From NCBI GenBank assembly GCA_023251675.1, contig JAHEYJ010000001.1, positions 1,671-65,670 on the forward strand: DNA of 64,000 nt. Direction: 5' to 3'. Source of the stretch: Bacteroidota bacterium (GTDB taxonomy: Bacteria; Bacteroidota; Bacteroidia; Palsa-948). Every line of letters starts with the position of its first letter. Positions within the stretch are counted from its first letter, which is position 1. The notes below the pieces were generated by a model. That model was not told the origin of the DNA. It saw only the letters and a program-made list of their open reading frames with translations, and did no database searches. Positions 28,101 to 36,517 of this stretch are shown here, piece by piece. Made by a program: the position numbers and the translations under genes.

Positions 28101-28973
28101 ATCATTGGAAAATATATAGTGGATTTTGTAAACATTAAAACAAAAACAGTTATAGAAATAGACGGCGATATTCATGATTATCAGAAAGAAGAAGATGAGC
28201 AGCGAACGAGCTGGCTGAAGAAGCATGGATTTGAAGTTATTCGTTTCAGAAACGAGGAAGTGATAGCAGCGTCAGATGGTTTTGCAGAAAAAGTAATAAA
28301 GGTATTGCAGGAACGCGAACAAAAAGTCCTCCCCATTGGGGAGGATTTAGGAGGGGCTTCTTCCATTTATCTTTTATCCGCGGCGGATTGTACGGGGCAC
28401 GGCGTTCCGGGCGCGTTCATGAGCATGATCAACACGTCGCTGCTCAACGAAGCGGTGAACCAGAAAAAAATTTACCAGCCGAACGAAATACTGGATGAAG
28501 CACGAAGAGGGATCATTACCGCGCTGAAGCAGACGGGCGCTTCCGGCGAACAAAAGGACGGAATGGATGTAAGTATCATTTCGCTTGAGATGAACGGCGA
28601 CACGTGCAAACTTCAATACGCCGGAGCCAACAACTCGCTCTATATAATAAGGAAGGGCGAAACATCGGAACTGGAAGAAATAGATCCCGACCCGATGCCC
28701 GTTGCCATCAGCGACCGTACGGGCGAGTTCACCAACAATGTGATCGACCTTCAGAAGGGCGACACCGTTTATATTTTCACCGACGGTTATGCCGATCAGT
28801 TCGGCGGGCCGAAAGGGAAAAAATTCAAGTATTCCAATTTCAAAAAACTCCTGCTTTCCATCCAGGATAAAAATATGGATGAACAGCACGACATCCTCAA
28901 GAAAACGATGGACGACTGGAAAGGCAACCTCGAACAGATTGACGACATACTGGTAATGGGTGTTAGGATATAG
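25125..28973 (+). CDS. large sensor protein: signal peptide, two-component-regulator beta-propeller repeats, Y_Y_Y domain, TM, coiled coil, PP2C/SpoIIE phosphatase domain carrying an in-frame DUF559 insertion
   Basis: 1282 aa. Repeated …LWxGTxxGGLxxFDG… propeller units. SpoIIE-type C-terminus (…SGDFFWY…, ADCTGHGVPGA, C-terminal IDDILVMGVRI). The homologous paralogue on the minus strand at 58674 lacks ~145 aa between the WY and ADCTGHG motifs. Confidence 0.8.
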   Translation: MRTNYECKYFLALTSFFLISLFPYSSSAQRNNFQSYSLDQGLPQATIYCIIQDNRGYLWLGTDGGGLCRFDGIHFKTYGKSDGFNGQNIRSLLQDSKGRIWAGTKDEGIVVYDGNKFVSIGKKNGLAGSAILCLHEDKDGTVWAGTDDGGVNKITPVFKGKSSGQTVVSAVKDSFVVEVFDENKGLSSNSVLDIHQDKDGHIWLATFGGINVLTPGKDSVSIDHLRGGREIPSDQITSVTEEKNGALWFGTYDGGIFRIAPKNDTKNFKLDILSRKVTSFSQENGFNAKTIWRIFTSDNNELWFASVEDGLIRCRNTAASDTGKKVFEKYTDKEGLPCNQMLCIFEDKEKNIWIGTNGGGLCKFNGDMFAHYSEKDGLPSNSVQGIDMDSSGTLWFGTSGGGLVKMDLRSGAPVCNNFSIKDGLSGNTILSVSAGKVIHNQNLWSAVSNAGISKYDGKTFLNFSERDGLLNNSVYSIFVDKNGIVWIGSKDGISRFDGSKFLNITMETMKIPDKDVNAIIQDEKGNLWFGTGGGLARYSGDGAITTFDEAEGLMHKEIKALAEDPFGNIWIGTNNGGLYRFNVFTDDSIKIKLIADDSLLSSNSVRAIIFLDEKTTGNKGKEMVVGTDKGIDKIIFDDKGKILKIRNYNATDGFIGVECNDNAMYRDDQGNIWIGTVKGLTRFNPSAEVQNTNAPQVHITDIKLFFKDVDWSSRADSVLPWFSLPTSLQLSYTDNHLTFDYAAISLGNSQKIKYRYMLEGAEEEWSPDRKETSVTFSGLSPGKYTFKVIASGANGVWNTQPAEFYFTINPPWYRSMLAYIIYAIVLMGGTYSYSKIRERALIHEKKILEEKVVERTAEVVKQKEELEQQKHVIEEKNKDITDSINYAEKIQRAILPDLAKIKKALPQSFILFEPRDIVSGDFFWYVEVKAPPRPSPLGRGIDDPDYFTADSSLYPALKSRAEEFRDHPTEAENIAWELLKGNNIGFHIRRQHIIGKYIVDFVNIKTKTVIEIDGDIHDYQKEEDEQRTSWLKKHGFEVIRFRNEEVIAASDGFAEKVIKVLQEREQKVLPIGEDLGGASSIYLLSAADCTGHGVPGAFMSMINTSLLNEAVNQKKIYQPNEILDEARRGIITALKQTGASGEQKDGMDVSIISLEMNGDTCKLQYAGANNSLYIIRKGETSELEEIDPDPMPVAISDRTGEFTNNVIDLQKGDTVYIFTDGYADQFGGPKGKKFKYSNFKKLLLSIQDKNMDEQHDILKKTMDDWKGNLEQIDDILVMGVRI
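27924..27942. repeat. GC hairpin (left flank of the DUF559 insertion); encodes SPLGRG
   Basis: 8-bp perfect stem with a 3-nt loop. Confidence 0.7.
28327..28345. repeat. GC hairpin (right flank of the DUF559 insertion); encodes LPIGED
   Basis: 8-bp perfect stem with a 3-nt loop. Confidence 0.7.
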
Positions 28974-28975
28974 CA
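28938..28975. repeat. direct repeat R1 = the last 11 codons plus stop of the SpoIIE-domain gene (IDDILVMGVRI*)
   Basis: ATTGACGACATACTGGTAATGGGTGTTAGGATATAGCA. Re-occurs at 29033-29070 (2-3 mismatches) and in degenerate form at 29893-29925. Confidence 0.8.
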
Positions 28976-29032
28976 CCGAAGAAAAGATTTTGCAGAAGCA
29001 GCATAGGAAATCCCGATGTGGCTTCCGTCGGG

Positions 29033-29070
29033 ATTGACGACATACTGGTGATGGGAGTCAGGATATAGCA
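29033..29070. repeat. direct repeat R2 (pseudo C-terminus IDDILVMGVRI*), preceded by hairpin AATCCCGA…TCGGGATT at 29009-29035
   Basis: Direct sequence comparison with R1. Confidence 0.8.
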
Positions 29071-29307
29071 TTGAAAAGGTGTACGGCAAATTTTGAAAGG
29101 ATGGCCACTTCGAGTTCCAGCGCTTCGCTGGAGTATCGAGAAGTGACAGAGGAAGGTTCTCGACCTGCCTGCCCATGCCTTGCTGCAGGCGGGCGGCAAG
29201 GCAGGTACGCGCTGCAAAGCCATCGCTACTCGAACTGACAATTTTGAAATGAGCCGTTAAATAAAATACATTCGCTGAAAATAAATTTCATCCCTTAATT
29301 TTCAAAC

Positions 29308-29880
29308 ATGAAAAAAATAATTGTTACCGTCATCACCACGCTGGTTGTTCTCGCAGTATTATTTACCGCGTACATCTATTCCGGCATGTATGATGTGAGC
29401 CAGCTCACGCCGCACAACGGGCTTACCAAATGGATGATACGCACCACCAAACACAAATCAATAAACAGCAGGCTGAAAGACATCCAGGTGCCTGCGCTGA
29501 ACGACACGGCGAACTTTGTCGAGGGCTTTGAGCATTACAACGAGATGTGCGTGATGTGTCACGGTGCGCCGGGCATTGAACCGATGGAAATGGCGAAAGG
29601 GCTTTATCCCAGGCCGCCGAAATTCTATAAAGCGGACGACCAGCCCGATCCCGATGAATCGTTCTGGATCATCAAGAACGGAATCAAGATGACGAGCATG
29701 CCGGGGTACGGCCCCACGCACGACGACAAAAAGATCTGGGCGATCACCGATTTCTTTTTGAATAAAATGAGCAAGATGACGCCCGAAGAATACCAGGCGT
29801 GGATAAAAAAATATTCTGAGAAAAGTGAAACGCCGGAGAGTAAAAGTTCAGAGGTGAAAGAAGAAGGAGACAAGGATTGA
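29308..29880 (+). CDS. membrane-anchored mono-heme cytochrome c
   Basis: 190 aa. N-terminal TM. Heme motif CVMCH. Confidence 0.75.
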   Translation: MKKIIVTVITTLVVLAVLFTAYIYSGMYDVSQLTPHNGLTKWMIRTTKHKSINSRLKDIQVPALNDTANFVEGFEHYNEMCVMCHGAPGIEPMEMAKGLYPRPPKFYKADDQPDPDESFWIIKNGIKMTSMPGYGPTHDDKKIWAITDFFLNKMSKMTPEEYQAWIKKYSEKSETPESKSSEVKEEGDKD

Positions 29881-29892
29881 TTTTTTGGGAGA

Positions 29893-29925
29893 ACGACATG
29901 CTGGTAATGTGCGTTTGGATATAGC
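29893..29925. repeat. direct repeat R3, a degenerate third copy of the SpoIIE gene end (FWENDMLVMCVWI*)
   Basis: ACGACATGCTGGTAATGTGCGTTTGGATATAGC, about 75% identical to R1. Confidence 0.6.
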
Positions 29926-29998
29926 GATGAAAGGTATCCCTGATTTTTATTCATCTACAAATTAAAATTCCGATAACTTAGCGGAATAAATATTTTTT

Positions 29999-31108
29999 AT
30001 GGCAAAAAAATCAAACATCGTTACGCCGCAGGCGCTGGAGTTTCTGAAAACGTATATCAACACGCCGTCGCCCACCGGCTTTGAATGCAAACTTCCGCAC
30101 GGGCAGAAGACCGGCCAGCAGGTTTGGCTGGAGTACATGAAACCTTACGTTGATGAATTCATTGTGGATACCTACGGCACAGCGGTCGGCATCATCAATC
30201 CGAAAGAAGAATATAAAATCGTGATCGAAGCGCATGCCGATGAGATTTCATGGTTCGTGCATTACATAACCAAAGAAGGTTTCATTTATCTCGTCCGCAA
30301 CGGCGGCAGCGACCACCAGATCGCGCCCAGCAAACGCGTGAACATCCACACCGAAAAAGGAATTGTGAAAGCGGTGTTCGGCTGGCCTGCCATCCATGTG
30401 CGTGAGCCCGGCAAAGAAGAACATCCTTCGGTAAAAAATATTTTTTTGGATTGCGGCGTGAAGTCAGACAAAGAGCTTGCAAAACTCGGCGTGCATGTGG
30501 GCTGTGTGGTAACGTACGAAGATGAGTTCATGATACTGAATAATACTTTTTACACAGGCCGTGCATTGGATAACCGCGCAGGCGGATTCATGATCGCGCA
30601 GGTGGCGCGGCTGATCAAAGAAAATAAAACAAAACTTCCGTTCGGGTTGTACATTGTGAATTCCGTGCAGGAAGAAGTCGGGCTGAACGGAGCCAAGATG
30701 ATCGCCAACCGCATCAGTCCCGCCGCCGCCATCATCACCGATGTAACGCACGATACACACACGCCGATGATGAACAAAGTCCACCAGGGCGATGTCACCT
30801 GCGGAAAAGGGCCAAGCGTAACGTACGGACCGGCCGTTCATAATAATCTTCTCAACCAGATCATCCAGACCGCCAAGAAAAATAAAATTCCGATTCAGCG
30901 TGAAGTGGCTTCGCGTTCCACCGGAACAGATACAGATGCATTTGCGTATTCCGGCAGCGGAATTGCTTCGGCATTGATCTCGCTTCCGCTGCGCTATATG
31001 CACACAACGGTGGAGTCAGTTCATAAAGATGATGTGGAAAGCGTCATCAAACTTATTTACGAAACACTGAAAGGAATAAAAAGAAATCTGAAGTTTGGAT
31101 ATTTGTAG
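29999..31108 (+). CDS. M42 family aminopeptidase (FrvX/CelM-like)
   Basis: 369 aa. Conserved HADEI and metal-ligand regions. Confidence 0.8.
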   Translation: MAKKSNIVTPQALEFLKTYINTPSPTGFECKLPHGQKTGQQVWLEYMKPYVDEFIVDTYGTAVGIINPKEEYKIVIEAHADEISWFVHYITKEGFIYLVRNGGSDHQIAPSKRVNIHTEKGIVKAVFGWPAIHVREPGKEEHPSVKNIFLDCGVKSDKELAKLGVHVGCVVTYEDEFMILNNTFYTGRALDNRAGGFMIAQVARLIKENKTKLPFGLYIVNSVQEEVGLNGAKMIANRISPAAAIITDVTHDTHTPMMNKVHQGDVTCGKGPSVTYGPAVHNNLLNQIIQTAKKNKIPIQREVASRSTGTDTDAFAYSGSGIASALISLPLRYMHTTVESVHKDDVESVIKLIYETLKGIKRNLKFGYL

Positions 31109-31420
31109 GAATAGTTAATGGTTGGAAGGTTTTTAGTTTTGGTTTTTTTAGTTCTTTGTTCCGGTTATTGATTCAACTAAACAAAACAGACTAAGGCCAT
31201 CCCGATAGCTATCGGGACTAAAAGAACTATAACTATCAACCCAAAACTATGAACCGCAAAAGCCCTGCTAATAATTTTTTCAGTGGCCGGCTGATTAACG
31301 ATCACCGGCTGTATACCGATCACCGGTTTTCGTTATCAACATTAAATTGTTTTAAAATCATGCGCCGTATGGTTGTCCTATGGTAATTTATATTTAGATT
31401 TGCTTTGTAAACTAATCACC

Positions 31421-32281
31421 ATGCGAAAAATACTTATTTACCCTATTACCCTTATTTCCTTTATTTCCTTTGCATTATTAACTTCCTGTGGAAACGGAAA
31501 AGACGAGCAAAGCGATAAGGCAATTGCTGCTGCAGCGGCAAAGGACACCAACAAAGTAGATGAACTCACGCAATTCAAATATGACAAGTTAATAAGCAAT
31601 GTTCCTATTCCGTTTGATATTCTGAAAGCACATGCCGATGTTCCGCTTGCATACAATGCAGATGCGGTTAATCCGGCTTCCAACCTCAACTATTATTCAT
31701 CCTCTACTTCTAAAGCATTGAACCTGGGAATTTACGGCGGTGATATGGCGTACAGTATCACGTACGAAAAATTTGAAGAGATGGGCAAGTACCTGAAGTG
31801 TGTAAAAAAACTGGCAGATGATCTGGGCATTCCGCTTGCATTTGACCAGAAAGCGTTAGGTACTTACAAAAAATACGGAACGAACAAGGACAGCCTCGAA
31901 AAGATTATTTTTTCTTCTTACAGCGAAGTCGATAAAACATTGAAATCAAATGAACGCATCGGTCTTGCCTCCCTCGTGGTTACCGGCGGATGGCTGGAAG
32001 GATTATATGCCACCCTCACAACGCTGGGCCCGGCTCCAAAGTCGGATAAAACGAAAGGGATATATAAAAAAATATGGGAACAGAAAAACCATCTCAACAT
32101 GATCATTGAACTTCTTTCCCAGTTCAAGGACGATGCCATTTTTTCTTCCGTTGTCACCGATCTTTCCGGAATAAAATCCGTTTATGAAAATCTCGCTGTT
32201 AAATCGGAGATCAATGAATCAGAACTGGCAACACTTACACAGAAAGTAGGTGAAATGCGGGCGAAGGTCATATCGCATTGA
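31421..32281 (+). CDS. hypothetical lipoprotein
   Basis: Lipobox LLTSCGNG. No recognisable domain. Confidence 0.5.
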   Translation: MRKILIYPITLISFISFALLTSCGNGKDEQSDKAIAAAAAKDTNKVDELTQFKYDKLISNVPIPFDILKAHADVPLAYNADAVNPASNLNYYSSSTSKALNLGIYGGDMAYSITYEKFEEMGKYLKCVKKLADDLGIPLAFDQKALGTYKKYGTNKDSLEKIIFSSYSEVDKTLKSNERIGLASLVVTGGWLEGLYATLTTLGPAPKSDKTKGIYKKIWEQKNHLNMIIELLSQFKDDAIFSSVVTDLSGIKSVYENLAVKSEINESELATLTQKVGEMRAKVISH

Positions 32282-32379
32282 TATTTTTTCCCTTTTCTTT
32301 TTACCTGCGCGGCGGATGAAGGATAGTATTATTCTTAATTCGTATATTCGTAATTCGTATTATTCATAATTTGTAGGCG

Positions 32380-33918
32380 ATGGCTATTCTTGGCAACATA
32401 ATCAAGCAGGCAATCGGGCTCAGCAATTCGCTGCCGCGCTCACCCAAAAACAGTGCGCGTATTCAGCAACGGACTTTACGAAGGCTGCTTTCCCGTGCAG
32501 AATACACGGCTTTCGGCGAACAGTATAATTTTTCCAAGATCTTGAATGAAAAGGATTTTGTGAAAGCGTTCCAGGGAGCTGTACCTACGCACGATTACAA
32601 CAAGATATTCCGCCGGTGGTGGTATCGTTCTTTAAATGGAGAGCCGTTCATCTGCTGGCCGGGAAAAGTAAAATACTTCGCGCTGAGTTCCGGCACTTCG
32701 GAAGCTTCGAGCAAACAGATCCCTGTCACCAAGGACATGATCCGCGCCATTAGACGGGCCAGCATGAAACAGATCCTCGCACAATCCCATTATAACTTAC
32801 CGAAAGAACATTTTGAAAGAGGAATTCTCATGCTGGGCGGCAGCACGCACCTGAACTTTAACGGAACTTATTTTGAAGGCGACCTGAGCGGGATCACGGC
32901 CAGCAATCTCCCGTTCTGGTTCCAGCATTTTTATAAACCCGGCAGAAGGATTTCCCGTGAGCGCGACTGGACCGCTAAACTGGATGAGATTGTGCAGAAT
33001 GCAAAGAGCTGGGACCTGTCTACCATCTGCGGGGTGCCGGCGTGGGTGACCATTCTTTTCGAGCGCATCATCGCGCATTACAATGTGCAAACCATTCACG
33101 ATATATGGCCCAACCTGAATATTTATGTTCACGGAGGTGTTTCACTTTCCCCTTACAAAAAAGGATTTGAGAAACTGACTTCAAGGCCGCTTATCTTTAT
33201 GGAGACCTATCTTGCCAGCGAAGGTTTCATTGCCTATGATGATAATCCCAACCGCGAAGGCATGCGGCTGGTGCTGGACAACGGAATATTCTTTGAATTC
33301 GTTCCCTTTACAGAAACTAATTTCAGCAGTGATGGCAACCTGAAAGACAACCCCGAAACACTTTCGATCGGTGAAGTTGCGGAAGGAGTGGAATATGCGC
33401 TTCTGCTTTCTACCTGTTCCGGCGCGTGGCGTTACCTGATCGGCGATACCATCAAGTTCACTTCGCTTGCCAACCAGGAAATAATTATCACCGGCAGGAC
33501 CAAACATTTTCTGAGCTTGTGCGGAGAACATCTTTCACAGGATAATATGAACCGCGCCGTGGAACTCGTGGCCCGCGACCTGAACATTGAGATAAAGGAA
33601 TTTACCGTGATTGGCATTCCCTACGGATCGCTGTTCGCCCATAAATGGTATATCGGAACAGATGAAGTGGCCGATAAAAATGTTTTGAAAGAAAAACTGG
33701 ACGAACACCTGAAAACCCTGAACGACGATTACCGCGTGGAACGCATTGCTGCACTCAAGGATGTGCTTGTGGAAGTGCTCCCTTCCAGCGTATTTTATGA
33801 CTGGATGGAGCAAAAAGGAAAAATGGGAGCACAGAATAAATTTCCACGGGTGATGAAAAACAAACATCTTGCAGAATGGGAAGAGTTCCTGAGATCAAAA
33901 CATCTTACTAATACCTGA
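32380..33918 (+). CDS. GH3 auxin-responsive-promoter family protein (acyl-acid amido synthetase-like)
   Basis: 512 aa. Family-typical N-terminal region and SSGTS motif. Confidence 0.75.
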   Translation: MAILGNIIKQAIGLSNSLPRSPKNSARIQQRTLRRLLSRAEYTAFGEQYNFSKILNEKDFVKAFQGAVPTHDYNKIFRRWWYRSLNGEPFICWPGKVKYFALSSGTSEASSKQIPVTKDMIRAIRRASMKQILAQSHYNLPKEHFERGILMLGGSTHLNFNGTYFEGDLSGITASNLPFWFQHFYKPGRRISRERDWTAKLDEIVQNAKSWDLSTICGVPAWVTILFERIIAHYNVQTIHDIWPNLNIYVHGGVSLSPYKKGFEKLTSRPLIFMETYLASEGFIAYDDNPNREGMRLVLDNGIFFEFVPFTETNFSSDGNLKDNPETLSIGEVAEGVEYALLLSTCSGAWRYLIGDTIKFTSLANQEIIITGRTKHFLSLCGEHLSQDNMNRAVELVARDLNIEIKEFTVIGIPYGSLFAHKWYIGTDEVADKNVLKEKLDEHLKTLNDDYRVERIAALKDVLVEVLPSSVFYDWMEQKGKMGAQNKFPRVMKNKHLAEWEEFLRSKHLTNT

Positions 33919-33924
33919 TTATGA

Positions 33925-34581
33925 ATGATTGAATCGTTGTTTCGTGCCATTGTAGAAGGGATCGGCCTGGGGCTCACCCTGGCGATCCTGACAGGTCCGG
34001 CGTTCTTCGCCCTTCTGCAAACCAGCATACGCAACGGGTATAAATCAGGAATTGCTTTTGCCATCGGTGTTTTCATCAGCGACACCACACTCATCTCGCT
34101 TTCGTATCTCGGCGCACTGAATCTTTTCAGGGACCCGAAAAATAATTTCATCATCGGGATCATCGGCGGCACGATCATGATCATGTTCGGCATCTTCAAT
34201 ATTTTTCAAAAACATCCGCTGGACCTGGAGAAAGAAGAGGGCGCGGCAGAAAAGCTGGCTGTAAAAAAAGTGAACCTGGGTTTTGTTGCATTGAAAGGAT
34301 TTGCCATCAACCTGGTGAATCCGTTCGTCATACTTTTCTGGGTGGGGGTGGTGAGCGTAGAAAGCACACGTTACGATTTTTCTCATCTGCACATCATTGC
34401 TCTTTTTTCAGCAACCCTGCTTACGGTGTTCGGTACCGATATCTTAAAATCGCTCGGTGCAAACAAGATCACCAGTTTTCTGAATCCCAAAATTCTTATC
34501 TGGATCAACCGCATTGCCGGGGTGATTCTTATCGTTTCGGGAATGAGCCTGATCTGGAAGGTGGTGAAAACTTTCCTCTGA
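33925..34581 (+). CDS. LysE/RhtB family amino-acid exporter
   Basis: 218-aa, 6-TM protein. N-terminal GLTLAILTGPAFFALLQTSIRNG signature. Confidence 0.8.
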   Translation: MIESLFRAIVEGIGLGLTLAILTGPAFFALLQTSIRNGYKSGIAFAIGVFISDTTLISLSYLGALNLFRDPKNNFIIGIIGGTIMIMFGIFNIFQKHPLDLEKEEGAAEKLAVKKVNLGFVALKGFAINLVNPFVILFWVGVVSVESTRYDFSHLHIIALFSATLLTVFGTDILKSLGANKITSFLNPKILIWINRIAGVILIVSGMSLIWKVVKTFL

Positions 34582-34585
34582 GATC

Positions 34586-36199
34586 TTATTTCTTTTCTTT
34601 TTCCTGAACCACGTCCGTTACGATCCGGTCCTTCCGGTTGGCCACTTCCCATGCTGTATAGAAGACCAGCTGCGCCCGTTTTGCAAGGATGTCAAAATTT
34701 ATTTTTGACACTTCATCCGTTTCCTGGTGGTAATCTTCATGCGTTCCGTTGAAATAAAAAATAATGGGAACGCCTTTCTTCGCAAAGTTATAATGGTCGG
34801 ACCGGAAATAAAAACGGTTCGGGTCATTCGGGTCGTTGTATTTGTAATCCAGTTTCAGGTGCGTGTAAGTGGAGTTGGCATGCTCGTTTATTTTATGCAG
34901 TTCGGTGCTGATCTTATCCGAACCGATGATGTATACATAATCGACCGTGTCTTTGTAATGATCATCCGTACGCCCGATCATATCGATGTTCAGGTCACAA
35001 ACGGTTTTTTCAATAGGGAAAATGGGATTGTTGGTGTAATACGATGACCCCAGCAATCCTTTCTCCTCTCCGGCTACGGTCATGAAAACAAGGGTCCGCT
35101 TGGGCGCAGATCCTGTTTCTTTTGCCTTCTCAAAAGCGTTTGCTATTTCCATTACGCCCACCGTTCCGGATCCGTCATCATCCGCCCCGTTAAATACTTT
35201 TCCATCGCGCACACCCAGGTGATCATAATGCGCGGTAATAAAAACAACTTCTTCAGGATGTTCGGTGCCTTTAATTATCCCCAGAACATTTTCAGAATAT
35301 ATTTTATCTTCTTTGCTGGAAACAGCCAGTTCAAAAGAAGATTTTATTTCAAAAGAAACGGATTGTTTGGTTGAACGTATTTTCTTGATCAGGGCATCCA
35401 GATTTTCTGGCGCTATTATTTCATTCGCCGTTTTGACGGAAATTCCAACCTGGGGCAGTTTCTTTTTTTGATCCTTTTCTGCAGGAACAGGCCCCACCGT
35501 TTTTTCTTTACTGGTATCCGGTTCCAGTTTCAGCGATGGTGATGCAAGAAAATGTTTCATGAGTTCCAGGTTGCCGGCAAAGTTTTCATTGATCACGATC
35601 AGTGCCGCAGCTCCTTTTTCTTTCGCCAGGTCAGATTTCTTGCGGTAGCTGTTTGTCCAGTCGGAAAGTTCTTTTTTACCGCTGATGAATGAAACAGAAT
35701 CTTCAGAAATGGGTTCTCCTCCGATCACCAGCAGTACCTTATCTTTTACGTCTGTATTTTTATAATCATCGTATTTTGCATCCGAGATCCCGTAACCGAG
35801 GAATAAAATACGCTTTGCTTCCATCGTTAACGGTTTCCCGTACGGGAGCACATAAAAGTCTTTATTGTTTTCATATTTTTTTCCGCCGATCACCAGGTCA
35901 GCGCCGGCAGGCGTTGAAAGGACAAGCGGAAATTTCTGAAGATAGGTTTCATCGGTAGCCGATACCAGCCCGATCTTTTTGAAATCATCAGCAATATATT
36001 TCGCCGCTTTTTTCTGGCCTTCTTTTCCGGTCTCGCGGCCTTCGTATTCATCAGAAGCAAGAACAGAGAGGTGCTTTTTGGCATCTTCAGCCGTAATGAC
36101 AGGAGCGAATTTCATTGCGGTTGAGTCGGGCGTTTGGGAAAACCCCGCAGAACAGGCAAAAAACAACAACAGGGACGAAAGGGTAAGATCTTTTTTCAT
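34586..36199 (-). CDS. M28 family peptidase with PA domain
   Basis: 537 aa. Signal peptide. Zn-ligand motifs HYDHLG and DDDGSG. Confidence 0.85.
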   Translation of the reverse strand: MKKDLTLSSLLLFFACSAGFSQTPDSTAMKFAPVITAEDAKKHLSVLASDEYEGRETGKEGQKKAAKYIADDFKKIGLVSATDETYLQKFPLVLSTPAGADLVIGGKKYENNKDFYVLPYGKPLTMEAKRILFLGYGISDAKYDDYKNTDVKDKVLLVIGGEPISEDSVSFISGKKELSDWTNSYRKKSDLAKEKGAAALIVINENFAGNLELMKHFLASPSLKLEPDTSKEKTVGPVPAEKDQKKKLPQVGISVKTANEIIAPENLDALIKKIRSTKQSVSFEIKSSFELAVSSKEDKIYSENVLGIIKGTEHPEEVVFITAHYDHLGVRDGKVFNGADDDGSGTVGVMEIANAFEKAKETGSAPKRTLVFMTVAGEEKGLLGSSYYTNNPIFPIEKTVCDLNIDMIGRTDDHYKDTVDYVYIIGSDKISTELHKINEHANSTYTHLKLDYKYNDPNDPNRFYFRSDHYNFAKKGVPIIFYFNGTHEDYHQETDEVSKINFDILAKRAQLVFYTAWEVANRKDRIVTDVVQEKEKK

Positions 36200-36213
36200 T
36201 TATGCCAAAGCCA

Positions 36214-36295
36214 CTGCGAATTACTAATTTTCGAATTACGAATAGGGTGCAAACATATAGTATTCATTCGTAATTTGGCTATTCGTAATTCGCAG
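36214..36295. promoter_or_regulatory. 82-bp inverted repeat built from four copies of CGAATTACGAA/TTCGTAATTCG in the divergent M28-peptidase/hppD intergenic region
   Basis: ctgcgaattactaattttcgaattacgaata … tattcattcgtaatttggctattcgtaattcgcag. The same 11-mer occurs at 25063, 25131 and 32336-32373. Confidence 0.5.
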
Positions 36296-36517
36296 GTCAA
36301 TTTAATTTTCAAAAACTGATGTTATAATAAAACAGATGGCAAACCTAAGAAATAATTCCTTTTTTGTAATTTCGCTTGTGATGAACAAAAAAGTTTTGAA
36401 TCTCCTCTCCCAGCAATTGGCCATGTGGTCGTAAGTGGCAGTTGAATAGCAGATGCGTGAATGATGGAATTCACTCATACACACAAACCCCCATTATTCA
36501 TTTTTAAAAATAAAATT

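Larger units (their letters stand above)
27910..28350 (+). mobile_element. in-frame insertion of a complete DUF559 (Vsr/PD-(D/E)xK-like endonuclease) module flanked by two GC-rich hairpins
   Basis: Inserted segment KAPPRPSPLGRGIDDPDYF…AENIAWELLKGNNIGFHIRRQHIIGKYIVDFVNIKTKTVIEIDGDIHDYQKEEDEQRTSWLKKHGFEVIRFRNEEV…VLPIGEDLGG. It matches DUF559 hallmarks (LW..L, FRRQ, YIVDF, IELDG, VLRF.N..V). Hairpins at 27924-27942 (CCCTCCCC-att-GGGGAGGG) and 28327-28345 (TCCTCCCC-att-GGGGAGGA). Confidence 0.55.

Noticed and set aside
27910-28350. The in-frame insertion considered as an intein
   Set aside because: There is no N-terminal Cys/Ser, no C-terminal HN followed by Cys/Ser/Thr, and no Hint-domain blocks. 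The insert is a DUF559 nuclease-like domain bounded by DNA hairpins.
31109-31372. 260-bp intergenic region with a CCCGATAGCTATCGGG palindrome and CGATCACCGG direct repeats, considered as a possible ncRNA
   Set aside because: There is no recognisable Rfam-like structure, and it could equally be terminator or promoter clutter. It is noted only as repeat-rich.
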